The notes under the pieces were generated by a model. It worked only from the letters and a program-made list of their open reading frames with translations, was not told where the DNA came from and made no database searches. Source: Fibrobacterota bacterium (GTDB taxonomy: Bacteria; Fibrobacterota; Fibrobacteria; UBA11236; JADFYW01). From it: a stretch of 64,000 nt of DNA. The stretch is taken from contig JBHPJW010000003.1 of assembly GCA_042567505.1 (NCBI GenBank), positions 7,071 through 71,070 of the forward strand. The letters are read 5' to 3'. Both the position numbers and the translations under genes were made by a program. This document shows positions 44,201-53,891 of the stretch, piece by piece. Within the stretch, counting starts at the first letter, position 1; each line of letters starts with the position of its first letter.

Positions 44201-45760
44201 CTATGTCTCCATGATTAAATTGACCGCAGACATTTCCTCCGGGACTTCAATGCCCAGCAGGCTGAGCACGGTGGGGGCGATATCGGAAAGTTTGCCTCGG
44301 GCAATCAGCTTTTTGCCCGGAGAGTCCTTTGCCACGTAAATAAATTCCACAGGATTTAAAGTGTGACTGGTTTTTGTCATGCCGGTCTCATGATCGATCA
44401 TTTCCTCCGAATTTCCGTGATCCGCTGTGATGAGAACATGAGCATCCAGCTGCAGCAGGTGGTCAACCAGTTTACCAACGCATTCATCCACCACGCTTAT
44501 TGCCCGGGTGGCGGCTGCCAGGTCGCCGGTATGTCCCACCATATCTCCATTGGCGAAGTTAACGGCGATAAATTGGTAAGGATTGTTTTTCAGGCGCTTT
44601 GCTACCTCTTCAGTTACGATATATGCCTCCATCTCCGGATGGCTGGCAAACGTTGCGGGGTCAAACCTTCCTTCGATGCGCACCTGGTCTTCATTGGAGC
44701 TGGGAGTGGTGGCTTTCCCGTTAAAAAAACTGGTGACATGAGGAAATTTCTGTGTTTCGGCGATGCGCAGCTGTTTCATTCCGGCCCGGGAGATGACCTC
44801 GCCAAGCAGGTTTTCCATCCCGCCACCAGAGTCTATGGGCCCCATCATGTAGGCGGAGAACTCATCATAATACCGGGTGAGACCGGCATAGGTGATGTTC
44901 GGCCTGGCCTTTAGGGTTCCAGGATACTTTTCCTCCAAAAAGGCCATGGAGAGCTGTATGGCGCGATCCTGCCTGTAATTGGTATGCAATACGCAGTCCC
45001 CGTCCGTTATCCCATCATAGTCTGCAATGCAGTGGGGTTTGATGTATTCATCAAACATATCGACGTTATCCGGGGTTTTGTCGTTTTGATAGGATGCCCG
45101 AACGGCCTCCATGGGATCCGCGCTTTTTTTGCCTTCCCCGCCTACCAGGCAGTGATAAGCGGTGTCTGTCAAGTCCCAGTTTTTGGACCGGTCCATACCG
45201 TAATAACGGCCCATGATGGTTCCTATCCGGCAACGGCCGGTTTTCTTCATGATGTTATTGAGTTTGGAAAGATATTCGAGGGAACTGCGCGGAGGAGTGT
45301 CACGCCCGTCCAGAAATGGATGAATAATGATTTTCCCTTCCGGATTTTCTTCCCTGGCGCGGCGCATGATCTTAAACAGGTGCTCCTGGTGTGCGTGTAC
45401 TCCTTCATCCTGGAGAAGCCCGAGAAGGTGCAAGCGGCTTTTGTTTTCCTTCCAGTTGCGTACCAAATCTTTCCACTTTTCCGCCTCGAACAGGGTCCCG
45501 TTGCTCAGGCCGTCATCTATGCGCTTGAGCTCCTGGATGACAATCCGGCCCGCTCCCATGTTCAGGTGGCCAACTTCGCTGGATCCTTGATATCCCTCCG
45601 GCAGGCCCACCGGTTCGCCGGAGCAGTCGAGAATGGTCCAGGGATATTTTTTCTTATAAGCTTCGATGTTGATTGTGTCGGCGGCTGCCACCGCGTTTCC
45701 ATCAGTATTTTCACTCAATCCCCATCCGTCACGAATAATCAGGGCTACCGGTCTCTGCAT
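44201..45760 (-). CDS. gpmI: 2,3-bisphosphoglycerate-independent phosphoglycerate mutase
   Basis: MQRPVALIIRDGWG..., SEVGHLNMGAGR, DGRDTPP and ITADHGN. The start is moved to the ATG at 45760. The 20 upstream codons of the tracked ORF cover a GTTAGGA GTTATAA GTATGAC stutter. Confidence 0.95.
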   Translation of the reverse strand: MQRPVALIIRDGWGLSENTDGNAVAAADTINIEAYKKKYPWTILDCSGEPVGLPEGYQGSSEVGHLNMGAGRIVIQELKRIDDGLSNGTLFEAEKWKDLVRNWKENKSRLHLLGLLQDEGVHAHQEHLFKIMRRAREENPEGKIIIHPFLDGRDTPPRSSLEYLSKLNNIMKKTGRCRIGTIMGRYYGMDRSKNWDLTDTAYHCLVGGEGKKSADPMEAVRASYQNDKTPDNVDMFDEYIKPHCIADYDGITDGDCVLHTNYRQDRAIQLSMAFLEEKYPGTLKARPNITYAGLTRYYDEFSAYMMGPIDSGGGMENLLGEVISRAGMKQLRIAETQKFPHVTSFFNGKATTPSSNEDQVRIEGRFDPATFASHPEMEAYIVTEEVAKRLKNNPYQFIAVNFANGDMVGHTGDLAAATRAISVVDECVGKLVDHLLQLDAHVLITADHGNSEEMIDHETGMTKTSHTLNPVEFIYVAKDSPGKKLIARGKLSDIAPTVLSLLGIEVPEEMSAVNLIMET

Positions 45761-45999
45761 TTCTTTCCTTTCTCTTTGTCGGGTTTGATAGTTAGGAGTT
45801 ATAAGTATGACATCTGTCATCAGTGCCCCTTTTCATAATTCCTTCGGAATTGGGCACTAATGATAACTCACAAATCTCCTATCCCTCTACGTCGCGCGAA
45901 AATATAGTTATAAAAAATTCTTAAAAACCGGGAAGGGAGCTGGTATTTACCCGACTTGAGGACGTTTTATGTCCCGATTACGGCTGCGAGACAAAACGC

Positions 46000-47007
46000 T
46001 TACTGACAGGGAGGTTCTAGGCAGGGAAACAGGCTTTCGTCCGGGGACGGAATGGTGGGGTCAGGAGGTAGAGGGTCGTCTTGATTCATGTACCAGTAGT
46101 AGGCTCCCGCCCCTCCGCCGATTAAGACCACGGCCCCTATCCCCATGTACACCCATTTAGCCGAACCGCCTTTTTCACTGGGCTGGGGATAACTGTAATC
46201 TTCAGGGCTTTCTCTCTCAGCGGGTCGTCCAAGCGGCATGATGGTTTCCTCTGCGGTCAGGTCCTGGTTATCAACACCGTAGATGTCAATAAAGACTTTC
46301 TGGGGCTCCTTGGCCATATCCATGAGCAGCTCCTGATGAGAATGAAAAATCAGTTTTAAATAAGGTTTGCCTATGGATGAAACACCGGTGTTTGAAACAA
46401 AGTCGGAAATCAGATTGGAAACAGGCGCCTTCAAGGCACCTTCATCAGCTTCCGCATTATGAAAAACTCCTATAATTTGTTTTTTATCTATTGTGAGGAA
46501 AACGCTCTGGTCTTCCAGGTTATTCTCAAAATCAAAGTTGGCGGAAAGGCTGTTTTTTTCCTGTGATGTGTAATTGATTTTTTTGAGTTTGTTCGGTTCT
46601 CTATCAGCTGTCCTCTGGATCCAGGACAGGCTGACCTCGATGCTTTTGTCATTAATTTTGTGCTTAAAGTCAACTTTTTCCTCTAAATACACCAGCACTT
46701 CCATTTGTTTACCGCTTACCAGGTCCGGAGGAAATATTTGAATATGCTGGACTGGTCTGGTTACATCCGTTTCAGCTATCTGGTCGAAGGCTCCTCCCTG
46801 TAGTGTCACAGCCATCACTGTGATGTCGGTCTCATTTCGAATGGACACCTTATATTCAGGCGCTTGTTTATCGAATTCAAAAACCAGTTTAACGAAATTC
46901 TGAAGCCCCACCAGTTGTATTCCGGTCAGTTCGGCCGGTTGAGTCCAGGCAGAGGAAATCAGAAAGCAGAAAATAATCGATAAAATGTATGAATCTTTTT
47001 TATTCAT
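46000..47007 (-). CDS. hypothetical single-pass membrane protein with AMIN-like beta domains
   Basis: Signal peptide MNKKDSYILSIIFCFLISSAWTQP and a C-terminal TM WVYMGIGAVVLIGGGAGAYYWYM. LVGLQNFVKLVFEFDKQAPEYKV is weakly AMIN-like. Confidence 0.45.
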   Translation of the reverse strand: MNKKDSYILSIIFCFLISSAWTQPAELTGIQLVGLQNFVKLVFEFDKQAPEYKVSIRNETDITVMAVTLQGGAFDQIAETDVTRPVQHIQIFPPDLVSGKQMEVLVYLEEKVDFKHKINDKSIEVSLSWIQRTADREPNKLKKINYTSQEKNSLSANFDFENNLEDQSVFLTIDKKQIIGVFHNAEADEGALKAPVSNLISDFVSNTGVSSIGKPYLKLIFHSHQELLMDMAKEPQKVFIDIYGVDNQDLTAEETIMPLGRPAERESPEDYSYPQPSEKGGSAKWVYMGIGAVVLIGGGAGAYYWYMNQDDPLPPDPTIPSPDESLFPCLEPPCQ

Positions 47008-47254
47008 CTAAATGAATTTCCTAGCGTTAATGTTCCATGTACCAGGTAAAAAAATACCGGGGCCAAGGTATCTCCCTTTTGCCCTTAATCCCTAATATAT
47101 ATTATAACAACCTGGCGGGAGAAAGTCTTTCTTTTGATAAAAAGGCCGGTTTATAGGGAAAATGCAGGTTTTTTTATTGTCGGTTATCATAGAAAGACGG
47201 CCCTGCCGTAGGATAAAATAGCATATTGTATACAAATGAGCGGGAAAGGCGATT

Positions 47255-48457
47255 ATGCAGCGTTTGATACCTGAAAAGCAGTCCTCGCTGAAAAATTGCG
47301 TCCACTGCGGCCTGTGCCTGGATGTCTGTCCTACCTATCAGCTTTCCGGAAATGAAAATAACTCACCCCGGGGCAGATTATATGCCTGGCGGGCCGTTTC
47401 TGAAGGCAGGGTAAAAACCAACCGGGAAACGGACGCTTATCTCAATGAGTGTCTTGGGTGTCTGGCCTGTCAGACGGTCTGTCCCTCAAACGTCCCGTAT
47501 GGCGACCTGCTCAATACCATAAAAATGAACAGGACACGTGAGGGAGCGGATGTCCATCCGGTAAATAGAATAATCGGCGGTTTGGTCCGGCATGCGGGTC
47601 TGCTTCCACTTCTGGGATTTCCTGTGAGGATGCTGAGAAAATCCGGATGGACAGGTCACAGATTTTTCTTTCCCGGCGGGCCTGCGGTTTTTCTTTCGAC
47701 TTCTGCCTATGCAGAGAGGTTGACGGGCATGTTTAAGCCGACCGGTCCGAGCGTTACCCTGTTCACAGGGTGCGTAATGGAAAGTTTTTTCCGGGAAATA
47801 AATTTTGCTACAGTGCGCGTATTACTCGCCAACAACATACGTGTGCACGTCCCTCGCGGCCAGGCATGTTGCGGAGCCGTGCTGGAGCACAATGGATTGC
47901 CGGGAAAAGAAGAATTGGTCCGGAGAAACCAGGAGGCGTTTTTCTCCTCCAGGTCATGGCCGGTTTTAGCCAATTCCGCAGGTTGCGGATTGTCTCTGAA
48001 GTCATATCTGGATCAGCAGGTACAGGATGTGGTATGCTTCCTGGATGGTTTGGAGCTTAAACGGGGAGAAAAACTTGAATCCGGGGAGGTTTATCTGGAT
48101 ATTCCCTGTCATCTCTACCATGGCCAGAAAATTCACAGTCTCCCCGCCAGAGTGTTTCAGGCTCTTGGAACCCCTTGGCGCACGGTGCCGGAGGCAGATG
48201 CCTGCTGCGGCTCAGGCGGTACGTACCATTTGACCCATTCTCATAATGCCGAGAAAATAATCAAACAAAAAAGCGCCTTTCTGTACCGGATTGAAGCGTC
48301 AAAGTGTGTCCTTGCCACCTCGAACCATGTATGCATGATGCAGTGGAATTCCGTTATCAAACAAGGTCCCCTCAGGAAGAAAGTGTCGGTGAAGCACGTG
48401 ATTCAGCTGCTGGATGAGTCTTATCAGGGAGCGGGATTGTATCCTGGTGATGTTTAG
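47255..48457 (+). CDS. (Fe-S)-binding CCG-domain protein, GlcF/LutA-like
   Basis: Two ferredoxin motifs (CVHCGLCLDVCP, CLGCLACQTVCP) followed by two Cys-rich CCG-type segments (QACCGAVL, ACCGSGGTY). Confidence 0.8.
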   Translation: MQRLIPEKQSSLKNCVHCGLCLDVCPTYQLSGNENNSPRGRLYAWRAVSEGRVKTNRETDAYLNECLGCLACQTVCPSNVPYGDLLNTIKMNRTREGADVHPVNRIIGGLVRHAGLLPLLGFPVRMLRKSGWTGHRFFFPGGPAVFLSTSAYAERLTGMFKPTGPSVTLFTGCVMESFFREINFATVRVLLANNIRVHVPRGQACCGAVLEHNGLPGKEELVRRNQEAFFSSRSWPVLANSAGCGLSLKSYLDQQVQDVVCFLDGLELKRGEKLESGEVYLDIPCHLYHGQKIHSLPARVFQALGTPWRTVPEADACCGSGGTYHLTHSHNAEKIIKQKSAFLYRIEASKCVLATSNHVCMMQWNSVIKQGPLRKKVSVKHVIQLLDESYQGAGLYPGDV

Positions 48458-48473
48458 CCCATCGCCACAATCA

Positions 48474-48728
48474 TCACAGCTTATTACCTAGAAACGACTT
48501 AAAGAAACCTTTACCACCTTTTTTTTTATCTGTCCTCCCCTCTGGATTTTCTACTTCAGGCTCGTGTTTCAAGCCGGATACCTTTCCCATGCTCTTCAGG
48601 CCTTCATTCACCATCCGCTGTTTTTCTTCCGGACTTAGGTTATTAAATTCAGCACCTGAAAAGGCCTTCTTTTTTTCAATTTGACTGAAAAGTTCCTGAA
48701 GTTTCTCTTTGCTTGCCTTTTTCATCAC
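48474..48728 (-). CDS. small lysine-rich hypothetical protein
   Basis: 84-aa ORF. No family recognised. Confidence 0.3.
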   Translation of the reverse strand: MMKKASKEKLQELFSQIEKKKAFSGAEFNNLSPEEKQRMVNEGLKSMGKVSGLKHEPEVENPEGRTDKKKGGKGFFKSFLGNKL

Positions 48729-48895
48729 GTTCCCCGCTTTGTTCCTGTTTTAATCCCCATCCTGATGAATACTTCTATTGTACCACGGTTTTAACTCCAT
48801 TTTTAATATAATTTGCCATTTTTTTTAAAACCTCTAAAGTCTTCTAATAAGATGCCGATAAATAAGCTAGGCTAACTTCCAGGGAAAGGAGAAAT

Positions 48896-49072
48896 ATGGA
48901 ACTCAGTTCATCAACAGACGTAAAACAGAGTGAAGTGCAGGCCTCGGTACAGATGGCCGTTCAAAAGAAATCATTGGAGCAGGAAGAAACCCAGGCAATG
49001 AAATTGGTGAACAGCCTTCCTCAAACAAAGAACGCTCCCGGGGGCAAAGGGGGAGTGGATATAACCGCTTGA
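48896..49072 (+). CDS. YjfB-like small protein ('putative motility protein' family)
   Basis: Not in the ORF track because 58 aa is below its apparent ~60-aa minimum. Hand translation: MELSSSTDVKQSEVQASVQMAVQKKSLEQEETQAMKLVNSLPQTKNAPGGKGGVDITA. AAGGAG lies 7 nt upstream. The ...V.KK.L..QE.....L........G..VDI.A pattern matches my memory of PF14070. Confidence 0.55.
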   Translation: MELSSSTDVKQSEVQASVQMAVQKKSLEQEETQAMKLVNSLPQTKNAPGGKGGVDITA

Positions 49073-49655
49073 TTATCTCTGCCTGCCTCGAAGAGCCAGG
49101 GGTTTATCGAGAATAGTTTTTAATATAAGAGCTTCTCTTACAGAATCGCTCAACGCCAATTTTCTAAGAAGTTCCGATTTTTTTCGGATTTTTAGACCTT
49201 TTTCAGCAGGAAACGCGTCAACAAGCGGTTTTCTGTCTTTAAGGTAGGAGAGGGGTTCATTCTCGGTTTGAAAACGGGGAGATCTTACCGTTTCGTCTGG
49301 TTTTTGAGATATTGATACAGGTATCTCTTCTTCAGGATTGTACTGGATACCGGGTTCCGGTCTTGGTTCCGGCGCTTTTTCATTGATTTGCAGATTCAAT
49401 CCCAGTTCCCTAGCCATCTCATCCAGAAAGTTTTTACCGGCCCTCATAGTCTTTTCAATAGCGGGAGAGGACTTTCGGACGGGTTTCCCGGGTGTCCGGT
49501 TGAATACCAGGTCCGGTTTTGGAAACGCCGCACCCCCCCCCCGCTGGCTTCTGCTCTGTTTGCCGGGCCTTCCTCTCCCTTTTCTTTTTCTGGTTCTTGG
49601 CAATAATGGAAGCGATAATATTCAGGGCAATAATTATGAGAATAAATTTTTCCAA
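49073..49655 (-). pseudogene. membrane-anchored hypothetical protein interrupted at a G10 tract (frameshift or phase-off state)
   Basis: The TTG-started ORF 49655..49455 (MEKFILIIIALNIIASIIAKNQKKK...PAGGG) and ORF 49603..49073 (...RGGGAAFPKPDLVF...) differ by one frame and meet at G10 (plus strand C10, 49543-49552). Removing one G gives GCG GGG GGG GGT GCG GCG TTT CCA, a continuous 193-aa protein. Confidence 0.55.
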
Positions 49656-49674
49656 ATTCAGCTTCCTTATTTAA

Positions 49675-49695
49675 AATCAGGGATCAGAAGTCAGA
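49675..49695. repeat. heptamer stutter AATCAGG GATCAGA AGTCAGA
   Basis: Read directly in the spacer between floA and the split gene. Confidence 0.8.
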
Positions 49696-49753
49696 AAGGA
49701 ATGATGTTTCATACTTTAATGCCTGTCAATGATTGCTGTCCTTAGATTTACTC

Positions 49754-50740
49754 CTACCTATCGGGACTTTTTGGTTCGTTTCCATCAGAGTCTTCGGCGA
49801 TACGGTTGCGCATTTCCGTGTCCGCTGCCACGTTTTTCATGTTATAGTAGTCCATTATTCCCAGGTTTCCGTTCCTGAATGCTTCTGCCATGGCTTTGGG
49901 CACCTCGGCTTCCGCCTCCACTACCTTGGCGCGCATGTCCTGGACCTTGGCTTTCATTTCCTGTTCGGCGGCTATTGCCATTGCTCTTCTTTCCTCGGCC
50001 TTGGCCTGGGCTATTTTTTTGTCTGCCTCAGCTCTGTCCGTTTCCAGTTCCGCACCGATATTCTTGCCAACGTCCACATCCGCTATGTCAATAGAAAGGA
50101 TGTCATAGGCCGTCCCGGTGTCCAGGCCTTTGGCCAGCACCGATTTTGAAATAGTATCAGGATTTTCCAAAACGTTTTTGTGATAGGCAGAAGAGCCGAT
50201 AGTGCTGACTATGCCTTCTCCAACTCTGGCGATGACAGTCTCTTCCCCGGCCCCGCCTACCAGCTTATCCAGGTTGGCTCTTACCGTGACTCTGGCAATG
50301 GCCTTTAGCTGAATCCCGTCTTTGGCCATAGCTACGATCTTGGGCGTTTCAATCACCTTGGGATTAACGGACATCTGTACAGCCTCCAGTACGTTCCTTC
50401 CGGCCAGATCAATGGCCGCGGCTCTTTGAAAATTCAGAGGGATATTGGCTTTATCCGCCGCCACCAGGGCTTGGATTACTCTGGCAACATTACCGCCGGC
50501 CATGTAATGGGCTTCCAGAGGACTGGTTTCTAACTCAATTCCTGCTTTTACTCCCATGATTTTTCCTTCTACAATAATTCGGGGAGGTACTTTTCTGAGC
50601 CTCATTCCAACCAGTTGAAAGAGAGAAATATCCGCTTTTGAAAAGAGCGCCTGCAGCCATAAATTAAAAAACGAGGCGATCACCAGGAGAATCAATAACG
50701 CGAAGATTCCCAGGATAATTAAAAAGATTCCAGTAGGCAT
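49754..50740 (-). CDS. floA: flotillin-like protein FloA (SPFH domain, UPF0365/YqfA family)
   Basis: N-terminal TM, then [52 protein letters not shown] and [11 protein letters not shown]. This is collinear with B. subtilis YqfA as I recall it. Confidence 0.95.
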   Translation of the reverse strand: MPTGIFLIILGIFALLILLVIASFFNLWLQALFSKADISLFQLVGMRLRKVPPRIIVEGKIMGVKAGIELETSPLEAHYMAGGNVARVIQALVAADKANIPLNFQRAAAIDLAGRNVLEAVQMSVNPKVIETPKIVAMAKDGIQLKAIARVTVRANLDKLVGGAGEETVIARVGEGIVSTIGSSAYHKNVLENPDTISKSVLAKGLDTGTAYDILSIDIADVDVGKNIGAELETDRAEADKKIAQAKAEERRAMAIAAEQEMKAKVQDMRAKVVEAEAEVPKAMAEAFRNGNLGIMDYYNMKNVAADTEMRNRIAEDSDGNEPKSPDR

Positions 50741-50754
50741 AGTATGTCTCCTGT

Positions 50755-51237
50755 TCAGGGTTTGTTAATAGGTTCCACGATTATTTTGTTTCCCACCACG
50801 TCGATTACTGTAATGTCCGTATCTTTTTCAATAATGCCGATTTCACTGTGGACTTCAAACAGCCTGTTGTTAATCAGGGCTTTTCCTGCCGGTCTTAACT
50901 GGGAATCCACCCGTCCTGTCATGCCCATCAACTCTTTTCCGGGCAGAACAGTGTTCTCCAGGCCGGTCCCGTGGTCAAGTTTTTTTCCATGGGCCAGGGG
51001 GGAGGCTTTCAGCATGGAGAAAGCGACTTTGATAAACACAGGCACCAGTATGGCGTCGGCGATGAAAAAGCCCCAGGCCGCAGCTTGCGGGAGGTGCGAG
51101 ATGATGTAATACCAGGAATAGCCCAGCAGACCCAGGGCGATGACGGTCAGCATGCCGAAGGAAGGGATAATTATTTCAGCCACCCCTACCAGTATGGCTC
51201 CCAACTGTAAGACGATTGGCACCCAAATGTTCGTCAT
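50755..51237 (-). CDS. NfeD-family membrane protein (short form, C-terminal OB fold)
   Basis: Three TM helices, then [52 protein letters not shown], the NfeD OB-domain pattern. Its start overlaps the upstream stop (TGATG). Confidence 0.8.
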   Translation of the reverse strand: MTNIWVPIVLQLGAILVGVAEIIIPSFGMLTVIALGLLGYSWYYIISHLPQAAAWGFFIADAILVPVFIKVAFSMLKASPLAHGKKLDHGTGLENTVLPGKELMGMTGRVDSQLRPAGKALINNRLFEVHSEIGIIEKDTDITVIDVVGNKIIVEPINKP

Positions 51238-52805
51238 CAGGTTATTTCTTTTACGGTTATTTTATTTCCCTGCACCGATGTGACCTTTACCTTCCTGTGT
51301 TCCTCAATATAACCGCTGAAAGCGGAAGCTTCATACCGGCGGTTGTTTATTTCAATTTTTCCAAAGGGCCTTAGCATGGATTTGGTAATGCCGGTTGTGC
51401 CGACCGCTATCTCCGGATGCTCCTGTTCGATAGAGGTGGCATGGGCGTCTTTCAGGGTTTCGCCTGAGATCACTTGTATCGGTTTGGGCAGGTGAGGCAG
51501 AAGATATTTTGCTCCCAAAAAGGGAATGATGAGGCTGGCGATGGCCATGCTCAGGACAATGAGGATGTTATCCATGAATATGTCTTTTTCCCAGGGAAAG
51601 TCGGGATTGGGGATGGTAAAGGTCTGCATGGAAAGGATCAGGCTCAGGGTGATTAGTACCAGGCCCAATCCCCCGAATATCAGGGTTCCGGGCATGACAT
51701 AGATTTCAGTAAACAAGAGGGCTATACCCGCCACCAGTAAAATAAGTTCGGTATGGTTTGCCAGGCCCGCCATATATTTGCTTCCGAACACAATAAGCAG
51801 GCAGACAATACCTATGAACCCAAAAATTCCAAATCCCGGTGTCTTGAACTCCATGTATAAAGCCCCAAATCCTATGAGCATTAATAGAGGAGCGAACCTG
51901 CCGATGGTGCGGACCAGTTCTTCCGACCAGTTCACTTCAATGCTTGAAGCGACGTTCCAGTTACGGGAGGCTATGAAATCATCCAGGCTGTTAAAAGAAT
52001 CCAGAGAGAAACCGTAATCCCGCGCTTCAGTGTCGGTCATGGTAAGCAACTCGCCCTTGGCCACAACGGTCTTTTTTCCCTTGAAGGTTTTCTTTTCCTC
52101 CTTTTCCATATCCTCCCAGTCCTGCTTGGTGATATATTCGCTCTGCCCCTCTTTTTCCACACGGAAAATGTGCATGTCGATACTTACCATGGATTGGGCA
52201 AGCAAAGGAGGATACCCATTTTTTTCCGCCAGATTGCGGAATTTGGCCCTTAAGGGTGATTCCACTTTTTCACCTGCCATGACAATTCCCTGCTGTCCCT
52301 GAATGATGGGAGCGCAGTCGCCTATGGTCGTTCCCTTCTCCATCACAATACGGTTGCAGGCCAGGGAAATCAGTGCCCCGGCAGAGATGGCTTTCTGATA
52401 TACATAAGCATAGGTGCTGCAGTTTTTTATTTCAGTTATGGCGTCCACTATTTCGAATGCCGCGTCCAGTCTCCCCCCGAAAGTATTGATATTAAAAATG
52501 ATAATCTCTGGATTCTGTTTTTCCGCTTCGGAAATGGCCCTCTTGATGAAATATGATAAACCCGGGTCGATCTCCTTTTCTATTTTTATTATCACCGCAC
52601 GAGGGATGTTAGCGCTGATATGGCTGTCGGAATCCGGCTGGGAAACGAGCGAACGGTCTAACGCGGAGGATAGGGAAGATACGGGATGAATGAGAGAATC
52701 ATTCTTCATTGATGCCATGAAGGGCTTCTCCATGGCAAAGGCATAAGCTCCCAATAAACCAAAGAGTATCAGTACCAGGGGTTTAAGATGAGGAAATGGT
52801 GTCAT
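51237..52805 (-). CDS. membrane-bound ClpP-class serine protease NfeD (long form)
   Basis: A ClpP-like N-domain (IIIFNINTFGGRLDAAFEIVDAI...ISAGALISLACNRIVM), a central TM block and a C-terminal OB domain. It sits upstream of floA, as in the yqeZ-yqfA arrangement. Confidence 0.85.
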   Translation of the reverse strand: MTPFPHLKPLVLILFGLLGAYAFAMEKPFMASMKNDSLIHPVSSLSSALDRSLVSQPDSDSHISANIPRAVIIKIEKEIDPGLSYFIKRAISEAEKQNPEIIIFNINTFGGRLDAAFEIVDAITEIKNCSTYAYVYQKAISAGALISLACNRIVMEKGTTIGDCAPIIQGQQGIVMAGEKVESPLRAKFRNLAEKNGYPPLLAQSMVSIDMHIFRVEKEGQSEYITKQDWEDMEKEEKKTFKGKKTVVAKGELLTMTDTEARDYGFSLDSFNSLDDFIASRNWNVASSIEVNWSEELVRTIGRFAPLLMLIGFGALYMEFKTPGFGIFGFIGIVCLLIVFGSKYMAGLANHTELILLVAGIALLFTEIYVMPGTLIFGGLGLVLITLSLILSMQTFTIPNPDFPWEKDIFMDNILIVLSMAIASLIIPFLGAKYLLPHLPKPIQVISGETLKDAHATSIEQEHPEIAVGTTGITKSMLRPFGKIEINNRRYEASAFSGYIEEHRKVKVTSVQGNKITVKEIT

Positions 52806-53045
52806 AATGGAGAAAAACCTTTAAAAAGTCAAATATAGCTATGCTTCAAGGTCCTCAGTAGGTAATAAAATTCAATGACAAAAAAGGAAATCCGAATAAA
52901 AAAGGTAATAAAATACACTACATGCTTACTTAAAAATATGATATATTAGTTAATATAAAAAATGCAGATTAAACAATTGTTTTGGAATTACACCACAAAT
53001 TCGGGATATTCTGCATTAGCAATGATGTTTTAACCGGAATAAAAA

Positions 53046-53891
53046 GTGAACCCTATCTTTGACTATACCAATTACCGGAAATATTTGCAGGACTATTATC
53101 AATGGGCAAAGGTGAATGTGAGAGGATTCTCACACCGGGCCTTTTTAGCTAAAGCGGAAATGTCAGGCCCTAATTATTTAAAAAGAGTAATGGAAGGCGT
53201 ACACAATTTAACCGAGAGCAGCATTTCCAAATTTGCCAAAGCCCTGGATTTATCAGAGACCGAAGCAACCTTTTTCAAATACCTGGTGTTTTTTAACCAG
53301 GCCAGGACCCTGGATGAAAAAGACAGGTATTTTGAAATCCTGATTCATTTAAAATCACCCCACTCTCAGCACGTTTTGGAAAAATTCCAGTACGATTATT
53401 ACAAAGACTGGTACAACATTGCCATACGTGAAATACTCTCTTATTTCCCGTATAAAGATAAACCTGCGGAGTTGGCAAAGGAAATTGCGCCGCCGATATC
53501 TCCCAAGAAGGTAAAAAAGGCTTTGGAATTACTGGAACGCTTGGGACTGATAGAAAGAAGGGAAGGAGGATCTTATGCTCTGACCTCCCGGGCCATAACC
53601 ACCGGTTCGGAAGTCCGTTCCCTGTTGGTCCCGAAATTCCATATCACCATGGCCAAGCTGGCCGCTGAGGCGGTAACGCGCTTTCATAAGGATGAAAGAT
53701 ATTTCAGTTCAATCAGCATGAGCTTTTCGGAAGAAGGCTACCGGGAAGTGATCCGGCTGATTCGGGACCTGAGGAAAAAAGTTATTCAAAGGGTGGCGGA
53801 AGAGACAGACCCGGACAGGGCCTATCACCTTAACTTACAACTGTTTCCCATGAGCAGACCCAAGTCTAAAAGACGAAGAAAAAATGGGTGA
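53046..53891 (+). CDS. TIGR02147/DUF4423-type protein (putative HTH regulator)
   Basis: (M)NPIFDYTNYRKYLQDYYQWAKVNVRGFSHRAFLAKAEMSGPNYLKRVMEGVHNLT matches the N-terminal signature I associate with TIGR02147 (Fibrobacter/Bdellovibrio/Leptospira family). GTG start. Confidence 0.7.
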   Translation: MNPIFDYTNYRKYLQDYYQWAKVNVRGFSHRAFLAKAEMSGPNYLKRVMEGVHNLTESSISKFAKALDLSETEATFFKYLVFFNQARTLDEKDRYFEILIHLKSPHSQHVLEKFQYDYYKDWYNIAIREILSYFPYKDKPAELAKEIAPPISPKKVKKALELLERLGLIERREGGSYALTSRAITTGSEVRSLLVPKFHITMAKLAAEAVTRFHKDERYFSSISMSFSEEGYREVIRLIRDLRKKVIQRVAEETDPDRAYHLNLQLFPMSRPKSKRRRKNG

